Assembly (NCBI GenBank): GCA_002269645.1
Contig: NIVC01002975.1
Coordinates: forward strand, 63,999-127,998
Source of the DNA: Macrostomum lignano
Lineage: Eukaryota
Reading direction: 5' to 3'
DNA length: 64,000 nt
Part shown: positions 25,220-38,260 of the stretch, one piece after another
How the letters are laid out: every line of letters begins with the position of its first letter
How positions within the stretch are numbered: the first letter of the stretch is position 1
The notes under the pieces: model-generated
What the model saw: only the letters and a program-made list of their open reading frames with translations
What the model was told of the DNA's origin: nothing
The model's database searches: none
Made by a program: the position numbers and the translations under genes

Positions 25220-26980
25220 TCAGCAGCCAGTATCGGCTCCGGAGTTCCACGGCCACAGCAGCGCGGGTCCTTCATCATCAGCCTCATCTTGGCCATCGGC
25301 CTCGGCCTCGCCGCCATCCTCATCGTCGCTGGAGTAGTGCCGGTCGCGGCCGCTGCTCGACTCTTCGTCCTCGGGCAGGCCGATCAGGAATTGTCGATCG
25401 CCGCTAAGCCGCAGTCCGGCGGCAATTAGGGCGTCGGCCACCTCATCAGGGGTGGCACTCAGCGACTTCAGCACGACGTAGTTGCACAGGCGGCTGATGG
25501 GCAGGCGCACCAGGTCTCCATAAGGATCATCGCTGCTGCTGTCATCTGAATCGGGCACCTCGGCCGTGCTCCGGCGATGCCGTTCAAACAGTAGGCTGGT
25601 TCGGGCGCATCTGACCGCCTCCTGGGCCAGGTGCTCGTCGCGCGGCAACTCCGGTTGCCATGGGAACTCAAATTTTAATACTTCCTTATATGGCTCGGCT
25701 GTTGAATAGTCGCTGACAGTGTCATTTGGAACAAATGCGCGGCTTATAGCGTGGCCAGAAGTATCACTAGGATTTGTGACGTCACCGGAAGTACCAGTAT
25801 AGCTCGTAGGGATATCAACGGAAGCACCAATATGATTAGTGACGTCATAGGAAGTCCCAGTACGATTAGTGATGTCACCGTAAGAAACAGTACGATTAGT
25901 GGCGTCACCGGAAGCAACAGTATGATTAGTGACGTCACCGGAAGCAACAGTATGATTAGTGACGTCACCGGAAGCAACAGTATGATTAGTGACGTCACCG
26001 GAAGTCTTAATACGTTTAGTGACAGGTCCTGGCAACAAGGTAAATACGGCAATCTGCGAGCAGTGGCCAATCATCTTCAGGCCGTCGGGCGCGTCGCCAA
26101 CGCCAGTGAATCGAACAGCGTAGCCGTACCGGCGGGCGATGGACTGCGACCAGGCCTGGAACTGAGCCCGAGTCCATTCGAATTTGTGATCATGATGCCG
26201 CAGGCCGGGAAAGCGCGGCCCGAAGCAGGTATTGAATTCGGCATTGGGAGTGGTGACAACAACCAGGCCGGGCCTCAGCTGGCCAAACAGGTGGCCGGGC
26301 AGCCTGGCCAGCTGGTCAAGCGGCAGGTGTTCGATCATTTCCACTAGCAGAGCGGCGTCGGCGCCGGCAAGCCTAGCATCTGGCTCGGTGGCGCAGCCGG
26401 CCAGCAGCCTGGCGCGCATTGGCCGGCTCCGCTTCTTCATGTAGTCGCCGACAGTCGGCGCCAGACTCTGCCTGGCCGCTTCCAGCATCACCGGGTCCTG
26501 TTCGGCGACGTAGTCGACTGCCAGATAATCGACATCGAATCGGAGAAACTTCAACGATTGAGAAAACAGGCGGCACTCGGCGGCGCCAAGGTCGATCAGT
26601 TTGATCACGCCGGGCCGCCTGCTGTCGTTGCCGAACCGCTCCACTAGCAGGTCGAACGCGGCCGTGTATCGCTGCTTGTACAGCGGCGGCGAGAAGCTTA
26701 CAGTTAGCGACGTCGATGATTCGACTCGGTCGCGATCATCGCCGCCTCCGATTGGCTGGAAGCAGGGCCGACGGGGAAATACGACGCGCTGTGCGGCCAG
26801 GCCGAGCAGCTGCCACGGAGGCCATTGAGAGGCTTCGCTTGCTTCGATGGACTCGTACCAGGCTGGCCGGCTGTAGGACCGGTAGAATGCGGTGGAATTG
26901 GCGGCTGAATTCGCAGACGCAGCAGCTGACGAATTGTCGTCCGGTGCGTTGTCGAACTGGCCGACAGAAGCTGCCTCCTC
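25220..26980 (-). CDS. HENMT1: Small RNA 2'-O-methyltransferase HEN1, main exon
   Basis: Motifs FSPPLYKQRY, DLGAAEC (SAM binding), EMIEHL, TTPNAEFN, RHHDHKFEWTR, HCSQIAVF. The frame stays open upstream of the tracked GTG (26644) to ~27028; likely acceptor at 26982-26981 with CTGAT branch site; AATAAA directly after the stop (25217-25212). Exon start is inferred. Confidence 0.9.
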   Translation of the reverse strand, partial: EEAASVGQFDNAPDDNSSAAASANSAANSTAFYRSYSRPAWYESIEASEASQWPPWQLLGLAAQRVVFPRRPCFQPIGGGDDRDRVESSTSLTVSFSPPLYKQRYTAAFDLLVERFGNDSRRPGVIKLIDLGAAECRLFSQSLKFLRFDVDYLAVDYVAEQDPVMLEAARQSLAPTVGDYMKKRSRPMRARLLAGCATEPDARLAGADAALLVEMIEHLPLDQLARLPGHLFGQLRPGLVVVTTPNAEFNTCFGPRFPGLRHHDHKFEWTRAQFQAWSQSIARRYGYAVRFTGVGDAPDGLKMIGHCSQIAVFTLLPGPVTKRIKTSGDVTNHTVASGDVTNHTVASGDVTNHTVASGDATNRTVSYGDITNRTGTSYDVTNHIGASVDIPTSYTGTSGDVTNPSDTSGHAISRAFVPNDTVSDYSTAEPYKEVLKFEFPWQPELPRDEHLAQEAVRCARTSLLFERHRRSTAEVPDSDDSSSDDPYGDLVRLPISRLCNYVVLKSLSATPDEVADALIAAGLRLSGDRQFLIGLPEDEESSSGRDRHYSSDDEDGGEAEADGQDEADDEGPALLWPWNSGADTGC

Positions 26981-27181
26981 CTGTGTGCCAATGGTTTTAA
27001 TCAGCCTTAAATAAAGTACAAATGTACTTTAAAAGTTTAGATAAAGTAATTTGTACTTTTAAATCGAGCACATGTACTTTAAAAAGAGTACTTGTGCTAA
27101 GAAAAGTACACGTGTACTTTTTTCTTGGGCTAACACGAGAAATCGAATAAAGTTTCGTCAGTCAATGGTGCAAACACTTAC

Positions 27182-27389
27182 CGACTCAATCAAGTACTGC
27201 TGTTGCTCCTGTTGCTGAGTTGATGAAGGACCAACCAGCTGGTTTGAAACAGTTGAAACCGACGCCACGGCCGACGCTTCGGCAGACGGGGCGGCAGCAG
27301 CAGAAGCAGGCTGCTGTGCGACATCGGGGCAGTCGCCGCTGCTCAGTGACGCTGTGGGGGTCTGGTGTGCGGGGTGGATGGCGGGTGAC
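27182..27389 (-). CDS. HENMT1: Probable upstream HEN1 exon (low-complexity N-terminal extension)
   Basis: GTAAGT donor at 27181 in phase 0 with the 26980 acceptor; acceptor gaatAG at 27391-27390; no in-frame ATG inside. Confidence 0.5.
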
Positions 27390-27477
27390 CTATTCAATAT
27401 AAACAAAACACATGGCAATTTTTATCATAAATACTTAATCATCTGGTGTCTCTGTTACCGCTTTTCAGTGGTTAATG

Positions 27478-28975
27478 GGCGATTCTTAACGGTGTCTAGT
27501 GGGCGATTCTCAGCGGTGTCTAGTGGGCGATTCTCAGCGGTGTCTAGTGGGCGATTCTTTAGGTGTCTAATGGGCGATTCTTAACGGTGTCTAATGGGCG
27601 ATTCTTTAGGTGTCTAATGAGCGATTCTTAACGGTGTCTAGTGGGCGATTCTTTAGGTGTCTAATGAGCGATTCTTAACGGTGTCTAGTGGGCGATTCTT
27701 TAGGTGTCTAATGGGCGATTCTTAACGGTGTCTAGTGGGCGATTCTTTAGGTGTCTAATGGGCGATTCTTAACGGTGTCTAGTGGGCGATTCTTTAGGTG
27801 TCTAATGGGCGATTCTTAACGGTGTCTAGTAGGCGATTCTTAACGGTGTCTAGTGGGCGATTCTTAACGGTGTCTAGTGGGCGATTCTTAACGGTGTCTA
27901 GTGGGCGATTCTTAACGGTGTCTAATGGGCGATTCTTAACGGTGTCTAGTGGGCGATTCTTTAGGTGTCTAATGGGCGATTCTTAACGGTGTCTAGTGGG
28001 CGATTCTTAACGGTGTCTAGTGGGCGATTCTTAACGGTGTCTAGTGGGCGATTCTTAACGGTGTCTAGTGGGCGATTCTTAACGGTGTCTAGTGGGCGAT
28101 TCTTAACGGTGTCTAGTGGGCGATTCTTTAGGTGTCTAATGGGCGATTCTTAACGGTGTCTAATGGGCGATTCTTAACGGTGTATAGTGGGCGATTCTTA
28201 ACGGTGTCTAGTGGGCGATTCTTAACGGTGTCTAGTGGGCGATTCTTAACGGTGTCTAGTGGGCGATTCTTAACGGTGTCTAGTGGGCGATTCTTAACGG
28301 TGTCTAGTGGGCGATTCTTAACGGTGTCTAGTGGGCGATTCTTAACGGTGTCTAGTGGGCGATTCTTAACGGTGTCTAGTGGGCGATTCTTTAGGTGTCT
28401 AATGGGCGATTCTTAACGGTGTCTAATGGGCGATTCTTAACGGTGTCTAGTGGGCGATTCTTAACGGTGTCTAGTGGGCGATTCTTAACGGTGTCTAGTG
28501 GGCGATTCTTAACGGTGTCTAATGGGCGATTCTCAGTGGTGCCTAATGGGCGATTCTCAGCGGTGTCTAATGGGTGATTCTTGGCGGTGTCTAGTGGGCG
28601 ATTCTTAACGGTGTCTAGTGGGCGATTCTTAACGGTGTCTAGTGGGCGATTCTTAACGGTGTCTAATGGGCGATTCTCAGTGGTGCCTAATGGGCGATTC
28701 TCAGCGGTGTCTAATGGGTGATTCTTGGCGGTGTCTAGTGGGCGATTCTTAACGGTGTCTAGTGGGCGATTCTTAACGGTGTCTAGTGGGCGATTCTTAA
28801 CGGTGTCTAATGGGCGATTCTCAGTGGTGCCTAATGGGCGATTCTCAGTGGTGCCTAATGGGCGATTCTCAGCGGTGTCTAATGGGTGATTCTTGGCGGT
28901 GTCTAATTGGCGATTCTCAGAGGTGTCTAATGGGCGATTCTCAGAGGTGTCTAATGGGTGATTCTTGGCGAAATT
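27478..28975. repeat. 24/23-bp minisatellite (GTGTCTAGTGGGCGATTCTTAACG)
   Basis: Directly visible, ~60 copies. Confidence 0.97.
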
Positions 28976-31764
28976 TGGCACTTCAACAGAAAGCAGGTGT
29001 TTTAATCAGCATTGCAAAAAAGCAGTGTAATATTTAAAATATTTTGGCACCAAAATGCTCCCGTTTAATGTTACTAAAGTAGAAAGTAAGACAGAAGGAT
29101 GCGGGTAGGCAAAAAATCTCCCATAAACAATGCTGCATCAAAATCCGCGACATCTGATAGTTGTGACTTGGAAAATCTTTCAATCTTTCCGGACCATATT
29201 GGACTGTGGGCAATGTTTTCACTACCAACAAAACTACCAGAGTCAACGTCGGCTTGTGATCCCTCCATCAACTTTTGACTGTTTATTTGGATTAGAATTC
29301 GCACCGAGCCGCCTTCTTCTCTTAAAGCTTTAGGTGGCGCTATCAAGTTACGCTGCCAGTAATTAATATAAAAAATGACACCAAACTCCGGTCTAACATC
29401 GATCATTTTTTAAGAAATCGCGCTTTCTGAGAGCTTGTAGATGCCTAATGGTGTAGCAAATCGGTGGTCGCTTTGCACCCTGCAGGAGCGTAAAAACATC
29501 CTCAGGAGGGCTGTGGACACCCTGGCGCTACATCTTCGGCGAAATCGTTCCCCATCCAGCCGTGAGGCAGTCCTGCCTACCCCTGAGCACACACAGGCGC
29601 GCCAATTCTGTACGCAGGCAGGCACGCACTCTGTGGCCGCGCCCCTTGCCACTTAACTGTCAGCGTCTTTGTATTGTACATTATCTACAAATCAAGGAGC
29701 TGGCAATAGGGGAACTCATAATAAATAATGATTGCTTTATGGCAAGAATCAGCTGTTGAGGCCTGAGCCACGGCCCGTAGCAGGCTTCTGTGAGGGTGTT
29801 AGATAGAATTGGCCACTTTAACGGGATAAAGGGGGACAAGACAGAAATCAAATGTTGAACAACCGGCACAATGATTGAATATGATTGCGCATCATCGGGT
29901 TAACAATTATACATTTGAAAACTAACTATAGACCCTGAAGCCTCACAGGTGCTAGCTACGTTAATTCAGCCGCAATATTTTATAGGGGCTCGCACACCGC
30001 GGGGGGGGGGGGCTTGAGGGAGGGACAGACAGACAGCCAGGAATAAGGCGGTGCGAATCTCTCCACTCTCTTAAAACAAGAGAGCCGACAAAGTTAAAGC
30101 AGAGAAGAAACGAAGTGTGATAATAAGAGGCAGAGGTAAGGGTTGGTTAAAGACATGGCCAACACAGGACGAAGACAAAGAATTATAGAGCGAATAGAAA
30201 AGAATTTGATCTTAAAAACAAGCCGGGTCATGGGAGAGAGAGAGAAAGGGAAGTCTGCGTATTGGGCTATTGACAATTGCCACCTTGGGGATTTCAATAG
30301 TGAAACAAACCGAAACCAGTGGGAGAAAAAAGTTTCCGGCCAAAGTATTAGCTATCTGCCTAGCTGTCAGTTGTTAATTGAAACAGAGACAGAGCGTGGA
30401 GCGTGCGGCGGGAATGATCGAGGAATTGCAACGTGCTGTCCTTCCTAGTAGGCTTCCTATAGGCCTATAGATATAGATAGAAAACCGGCGAGGTCGCCCG
30501 CATTTCTCGGACCGGCCCCACCCCCCCCCTCACTCCCCCGACTCGCCTCGGGGGGTCAGGCGCGAGCGGTTTGGCTCTTCTACTCTATAAATGCATAAAC
30601 CCACATAGCGAAGAGTAAGGTAAAAATAAGGAAGCATCAACAGGCCGATCCCGCATAATTCGAATTCAATTTTAGCTCGCGATCTGTTCTTCTTCTACAA
30701 GCCCAAAAGCAGAAGAATATAGAAGAGAACATACGCAAGTCTTTCCCTGCACCGTTTGCGCAATTAGACCGTGGAAAAACCCGCATAGGTGTGGGGGGAG
30801 GAGAGAGACTAGAATGGGAAGATTTGGAAGGAGGGCCATCGCGCCGAGTTTTGACACCGCGCTGCGCAGTAGAAGCGGGGAAATTTAAAAGAGAAAAAAA
30901 AGCAGACACAAAGAAAGAGATCGCCACGTCCCGATTAACGCAGGAAAGAGAAAAACACCAGACCGACCTGTTACGCAATGCACAACTTTAAGCCTCTCTC
31001 ACCATTTATATACTTGCATTAAAATAATGGCTGATGTAGAGACAGCGATAACCTACGCTCCCCCATTCAAGCCGTCTTGAGGAGCTTCATCTTGGGCGCG
31101 GGATGCTGGACACACTGGCTTGACTCGAATTCTGTGACGGGAAATGCCCCAAGCAGACCAACACCCCCCACCCAGCAAGATAATCCGCAAACTGGCAGAT
31201 TAGCAAATTATATGTTAGCCTTTTCTTCTTAAAAAATTTTCTAAACTAATTGGCCTCTTCTAAAAGCAGTTCCACACAAGATTAGAAACACACTCGGAAG
31301 CTAACAACCGTCTCTGATAGGAGATCAAGTGAAAACTCAGGTGCGAATTCAACTGTTACGAGTAGAAAGAGAAAGAAAGCGGCACGTGGCCCCTGCCGAA
31401 GCCTTCCTGCTAATGCAGTTTCTGCACGCAAAGATTTCTGCTTGGAGAAATGATCACACACACCTTTGAGCGATAAAACTGACAAGCCATTATTACTAAA
31501 AAAACTTCATAAGTTGAAATGAATAAATAAAACGCAACAAGGAAGTAAATTTAAACACTTAAAATACGTTAGTCTGCATTTTTGGATTTAATTATTAAAC
31601 AATCCGACATTAATTAAGGTATTACAGGAAAACGTGACAGCGCGCTTTAGAACCATAACAAATCAGCCAATGAGTTAATATAGAAAACTATAGATCTTTT
31701 CTCTAAAACCTCTCAAAGGGGACACACATTATCTATACTGTTTTTATCGCTCACTGAGATCTCA

Positions 31765-32300
31765 TAGGTGAGATTTTAGCGCCAATCTACCACAGATGAG
31801 ATTTTAGCGCCAATCCAACACCACAGGTGAGATTTTAGCGCCAATCCAACACCACAGGTGAGATTTTAGCGCCAATCCAACACCACAGGTGAGATTTTAG
31901 CGCCAATCCAACACCACAGGTGAGATTTTAGCGCCAATCCAACACCACAGATGAGATTTTAGCGCCAATCTAACACGACAGGTGAGATTTTAGTGCCAAT
32001 CCAACACCACAGATGAGATTTTAGCGCCAATCCAACACGACAGGTGAGATTTTAGCGCCAATCCAACACCACAGATGAGATTTTAGCGCCAATCCAACAC
32101 GACAGGTGAGATTTTAGTGCCAATCCAACACGACAGATGAGATTTTAGCGCCAATCCAACACCACAGATGAGATTTTAGCGCCAATCCAACACGACAGGT
32201 GAGATTTTAGTGCCAATCCAACACGATAGATGAGATTTTAGCGCCAATCCAACACCACAGATGAGATTTTAGCGCCAATCCAACACCACAGGTGAGATTT
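31765..32300. repeat. 32-bp minisatellite (CAGGTGAGATTTTAGCGCCAATCCAACACCA..)
   Basis: Directly visible; same 22-bp core as 17150-18730. Confidence 0.96.
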
Positions 32301-32489
32301 CAGCGCAGAAATCAAGAATTGTAGGTAATTGATTTAGCTTCAGAAGGTTTTAGTTATTTTTGGCCTACAACTTTCATGCAAAACGCAGAGGAACTGAAAT
32401 GGCATCCAAATTGCATAAACCAATCATAATGATTGAACTAACACCAACCTTTAGACTAGCACCCTATCTGCACATAGTTTCTCAGCGCG

Positions 32490-32915
<426 letters not shown>

Positions 32916-33004
32916 TTATATTAGTAACCGTGTGCTAGTATTATAGCAATTTAATTATAGTAACTTTATACTCAATGTAAATTTAATGGAATACCTAATG
33001 TTAC

Positions 33005-33350
33005 AATACCGAAACTTCACCTACCGAAACTTTACCTACCGAAAGCTTCACATACCGAAACTTCACATACCAAAAGCTTCACATACCAAAAGCTTCACAT
33101 ACCAAAAGATTCACAAACCAAAAGCTTCACATACCAAAAGCTTCAGATACCAAAAGATTCACATACCAAAAGCTTCACATACCAAAAGCTTCAGATACCA
33201 AAAGATTCACATACCAAAAGCTTCACATACCAAAAGCTTCAGATACCAAAAGATTCACATACCAAAAGCTTCAGATACCAAAAGCTTCATATACCACAAG
33301 ATTCAGATACCGAAACTTCACCTACCGAAACTTTACATACCGAAAGCTTC
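33005..33350. repeat. 16-bp tandem repeat (ATACCAAAAGCTTCAC)
   Basis: Directly visible; outer copies have ACCGAAA, inner copies ACCAAAA. Confidence 0.93.
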
Positions 33351-35389
33351 ACAAAAGCAAATATTTTAAGCTTAAACTTTCCATGCCAAAAGTCAAGCTA
33401 TTCAATATACATTATATATAACATATATTGTACATTACAAATCGAACTGAATTCTAATAACTATGGGTAGTTAAATTTATAAAACATGACAAAATTGACT
33501 AGAAAAGCAAATTATTTTATTGCGTTCTATATTAATTCCGAGTCTGCAAAAGCGCCTAAATCTAGTTAGAGTGGGATGCGGCAAATCATATAAGTATCTT
33601 TACTTGCCGTGTATCGAGGCTTAAAAAAGCAAAAATGTACGAGCAAAAGAGACGCCTGGGGCTTAAGAATTAAGAAACACACTTGTTATCCACTTGAATT
33701 GATAGAAGAAAGCCAATTATTATATTAAAAAGACATTTTTCATTTGTCTTAACCGACAATTTTTCTTTATCTAATTGTTATTGTAGAGGAAGTGAATTCT
33801 TTGATACTTTTGCTAGCTTCGTGTCGGTAAGTTGTTTTTCTTTCACAAGGAATATTCAGGCCAGATTCCTCTAGGCCGAGTAAATTGCAACATATTGCTT
33901 AGAGTCAGCGGGCGGTAGGCCCAGAGCCGCTAGCATCTTTTATTTTTGTCTGGTTTTCTTGTTCTCCAGATCGGTTAGATAAACCGTTAATAGCCGGCTA
34001 TGCAGTGAAGCATGCCAGACAACAATTATATCGAGTCCAAATCCCATTCACAGTGTATAAGCTCTGCTCCAAGTTAGGAGACGGAAATCTTCTCATCCAT
34101 GAATAATGCCGGCACAATCTGTTGAAGTAATTCCTTTCCTGCCTTTCCTTGCCATAATTGAAGGACAAAAAACAATAGGGACTTAAAAATAGTCGATAAA
34201 ATCGCTACAGCTAATCTTCTAGGAGTTGAAAGAGCGCCTTTTCAAAGCCTTGGATACAACGGCAGCTTCAATGCGATCTCGATAACTCAACACGATACGG
34301 TTGTCAGAGTGAATTCCAAAGAACACCAAGCAGATCGGATGTCGAACTTCTCTGTTGTGATGAAGCAATTAGTTTGCCACAACTGAAAATCAGATAGAAG
34401 AAGCTGAAGAGCCTGCCAGCCCTCAGATTTTCTGAGTCAGGAAACGCGCGGAGGACGGCAGCAGCTGCAGCAATAAAGAATGAGGAGAGAAAAAGAGGGA
34501 GCCACGCGTCTCCTCAGTTTTTATTCGCCAAGTGACAATTCGGAGGGATGGAATTCGCCTTTGAGCTTTCTATTTAACAACCGCAGCCGCCGACAGACGG
34601 GCGTTCAAGAGTGGAGGATCGGAAACAAACACTGGTTGCTAGGCAGATGAGCAAGCACAGTAACAAAACCAGCAGCCGCTGCGGCTCCCTGCTCCGTAAA
34701 AAAACAGCAATCGATGACAAGCGGCCCAGGATGATAAATTTGATGAGTGGCGGCTGATGACAAAAGCGAGGTAGCAACCAAAACCGCAGACGGCTGGAGT
34801 GCTGCTTGTCTTTGACTAGCACAGCTTGTGGATTTTCCACGGGGGAATGGCGCCTGTCTCAATTTTTATCCCTCCCCATACTACAAGAGGCGCTAAGTCT
34901 CTTAAATATCCTTGAGATCGCTTTATCGGCACAATGTGACAATTCTCCTCCATTCAGCAGGCTCACTGCCATTATTCAAAAATAGCGGCGCTGATTGATG
35001 CCCAATATTAGCTCAGCCGGCACGCCCTGCCTAGGATCTAAGATTGAGCAGATTTGCTTACGAGTTTATTCTTAATCATTTCCTTTCTTCTGCAAACACG
35101 CGCGCGGTGTATTTTCCCTTTTCCGTTGCCGTGGCAAAAAGCCACTAACGTGGATACAGGCAAAGGGATAAATGATAAGCCGCTTATACAAACTAATTCC
35201 TCACTTTTCAAACCCTAAAAACTTGTCAACGGTAAGCAGTTACACACAGATCTACTCGATCCGATTATTTCACTGAATTAGCAGCATTTTACGCTATTTC
35301 AAGCTCATCATTAATATTACAGTTGAACCACTTTTACATGTCCTTGACTTTTACATAGATTTTACATGAAATTGATTCTTTAACAAACC

Positions 35390-38260
35390 TTCCTACAGTG
35401 GACAGCCGCTGCATGTCTCTGAACCTACAATGGACAGTTGCTGTATGTCTGTGATCCTACAGTGGACAGTTGAAGTATGTCTGTGATCCTACAGTGGACA
35501 GTTGCTGAATGTCTGTGATCCTACAGTGGACAGTTGAAGTATGTCTGTGATTCTACAGTGGACAGTTGCTGTATGTCTGTGATCCTACAGTGGACAGTTG
35601 CTGAATGTCTGTGATCCTACAGTGGACAGTTGCTGTATGTCTATGGTCCTACAGTGGACAGTTGCTGTATGTCTATGGTCCTACAGTGGACAGTTGCTGC
35701 ATGTCTGTGATCCTACAGTGGACAGTTGCTGCATGTCTGTGATCCTACAGTGGACAGTTGCTGCATGTCTGTGATCCTACAGTGGACAGTTGTTGTATGT
35801 CTGTGATCCTACAGTGGACAGTTGCTGAATGTCTGTGATCCTACAGTGGACAGTTGCTGTATGTCTATGGTCCTACAGTGGACAGTTGCTGTATGTCTAT
35901 GGTCCTACAGTGGACAGTTGCTGCATGTCTGTGATCCTACAGTGGACAGTTGCTGCATGTCTGTGATCCTACAGTGGACAGTTGCTGCATGTCTGTGATC
36001 CTACAGTGGACAGTTACTGTACGTCTGTGATCCTACAGTGGACAGTTGCTGAATGTCTGTGATCCTACAGTGGACAGTTGCTGCATGTCTGTGATCCTAC
36101 AGTGGACAGTTGCTGCATGTCTGTGATCCTACAGTGGACAGTTGCTGTATGTCTGTGATCCTACAGTGGACAGTTGCTGTATGTCTGTGATCCTACAGTG
36201 GACAGTTACTGTACGTCTGTGATCCTACAGTGGACAGTTGCTGCATGTCTGTGATCCTACAGTGGACAGTTGCTGCATGTCTGTGATCCTACAGTGGACA
36301 GTTGCTGCATGTCTGTGATCCTACAATGGACAGTTACTGTATGTCTGTGATCCTACAATAGACAGTTGTTGTATGTCTGTGATCCTACAGTGGACAGTTG
36401 CTGCATGTCTGTGATCCTACAATAGACAGTTACTGTATGTCTGTGATCCTACAGTGGACAGTTGCTGAATGTCTGTGATCCTACAGTGGACAGTTGCTGT
36501 ATGTCTGTGATTCTACAGTGGACGGTTGCTGTATGTCTATGGTCCTACAGTGGACAGTTGCTGTATGTCTATGGTCCTACAGTGGACAGTTGCTGTATGT
36601 CTGTGATCCTACAGTGGACAGTTGCTGTATGTCTGTGATCCTACAGTGGACAGTTGCTGAATGTCTGTGATCCTACAGTGGACAGTTGCTGTATGTCTGT
36701 GATTCTACAGTGGACAGTTGCTGTATGTCTATGGTCCTACAGTGGACAGTTGCTGTATGTCTGTGATCCTACAGTGGACAGTTGCTGTATGTCTGTGATC
36801 CTACAGTGGACAGTTGCTGCATGTCTGTGATCCTACAATAGACAGTTGCTGCATGTCTGTGATTCTACAGTGGACAGTTGCTGTATGTCTGTGATCCTAC
36901 AGTGGACAGTTGCTGTATGTCTGTGATCCTACAGTGGACAGTTGCTGAATGTCTGTGATCCTACAGTGGACAGTTGCTGTATGTCTGTGATTCTACAGTG
37001 GACAGTTGCTGTATGTCTATGGTCCTACAGTGGACAGTTGCTGTATGTCTGTGATCCTACAGTGGACAGTTACTGTATGTCTGTGATCCTACAGTGGACA
37101 GTTGCTGAATGTCTGTGATCCTACAGTGGACAGTTGCTGTATGTCTGTGATTCTACAGTGGACAGTTGCTGTATGTCTATGGTCCTACAGTGGACAGTTG
37201 CTGTATGTCTGTGATCCTACAGTGGACAGTTGCTGAATGTCTGTGATCCTACAGTGGACAGTTGCTGTATGTCTATGGTCCTACAGTGGACAGTTGCTGT
37301 ATGTCTGTGATCCTACAGTGGACAGTTGCTGAATGTCTGTGATCCTACAGTGGACAGTTGCTGAATGTCTGTGATCCTACAGTGGACAGTTGCTGTATGT
37401 CTGTGATCCTACAGTGGACAGTTGCTGAATGTCTGTGATCCTACAATAGACAGTTGTTGTATGTCTGTGATCCTACAGTGGACAGTTGCTGAATGTCTGT
37501 GATCCTACAGTGGACAGTTGCTGAATGTCTGTGATCCTACAGTGGACAGTTGCTGAATGTCTGTGATCCTACAGTGGACAGTTGCTGTACGTCTGTGATT
37601 CTACAGTGGACAGTTGCTGTATGTCTATGGTCCTACAAAGGACAGTTACTGTACGTCTGTGATTCTACAGTGGACAGTTGCTGAATGTCTGTGATCCTAC
37701 AGTGGACAGTTGCTGTATGTCTGTGATCCTACAGTGGACAGTTGCTGTATGTCTGTGATCCTACAGTGGACAGTTGTATTCTGTGATCCTACAGTGGACA
37801 GTTGCTGCATGTCTATGGTCCTACAGTGGACAGTTGTATTCTGTGATCCTACAGTGGACAGTTGCTGCATGTCTGTGATCCTACAAAGGACAGTTACTGT
37901 ACGTCTGTGATTCTACAGTGGACAGTTGCTGAATGTCTGTGATCCTACAGTGGACAGTTGCTGTATGTCTGTGATCCTACAGTGGACAGTTGCTGTATGT
38001 CTGTGATCCTACAGTGGACAGTTGTATTCTGTGATCCTACAGTGGACAGTTGCTGTATGTCTATGGTCCTACAAAGGACAGTTACTGTACGTCTGTGATT
38101 CTACAGTGGACAGTTGCTGAATGTCTGTGATTCTACAGTGGACAGTTGCTGTATGTCTGTGATCCTACAGTGGACAGTTGAAGTATGTCTGTGATCCTAC
38201 AGTGGACAGTTGCTGTATGTCTGTGATCCTACAGTGGACAGTTGTATTCTGTGATCATAC
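35390..38260. repeat. 32-bp minisatellite (CTACAGTGGACAGTTGCTGTATGTCTGTGATC), ~90 copies
   Basis: Directly visible, inside the ZNF330 intron. Confidence 0.98.

Noticed and set aside
27182-27389. Flatworm spliced-leader AUG supplying the HEN1 start
   Set aside because: An SL-terminal AUG would join in phase 0, and that frame hits TGA just before the donor.
29074-29406. 110-aa minus-strand ORF as a possible first exon of HEN1
   Set aside because: No suitable donor in the needed phase and no recognisable similarity.
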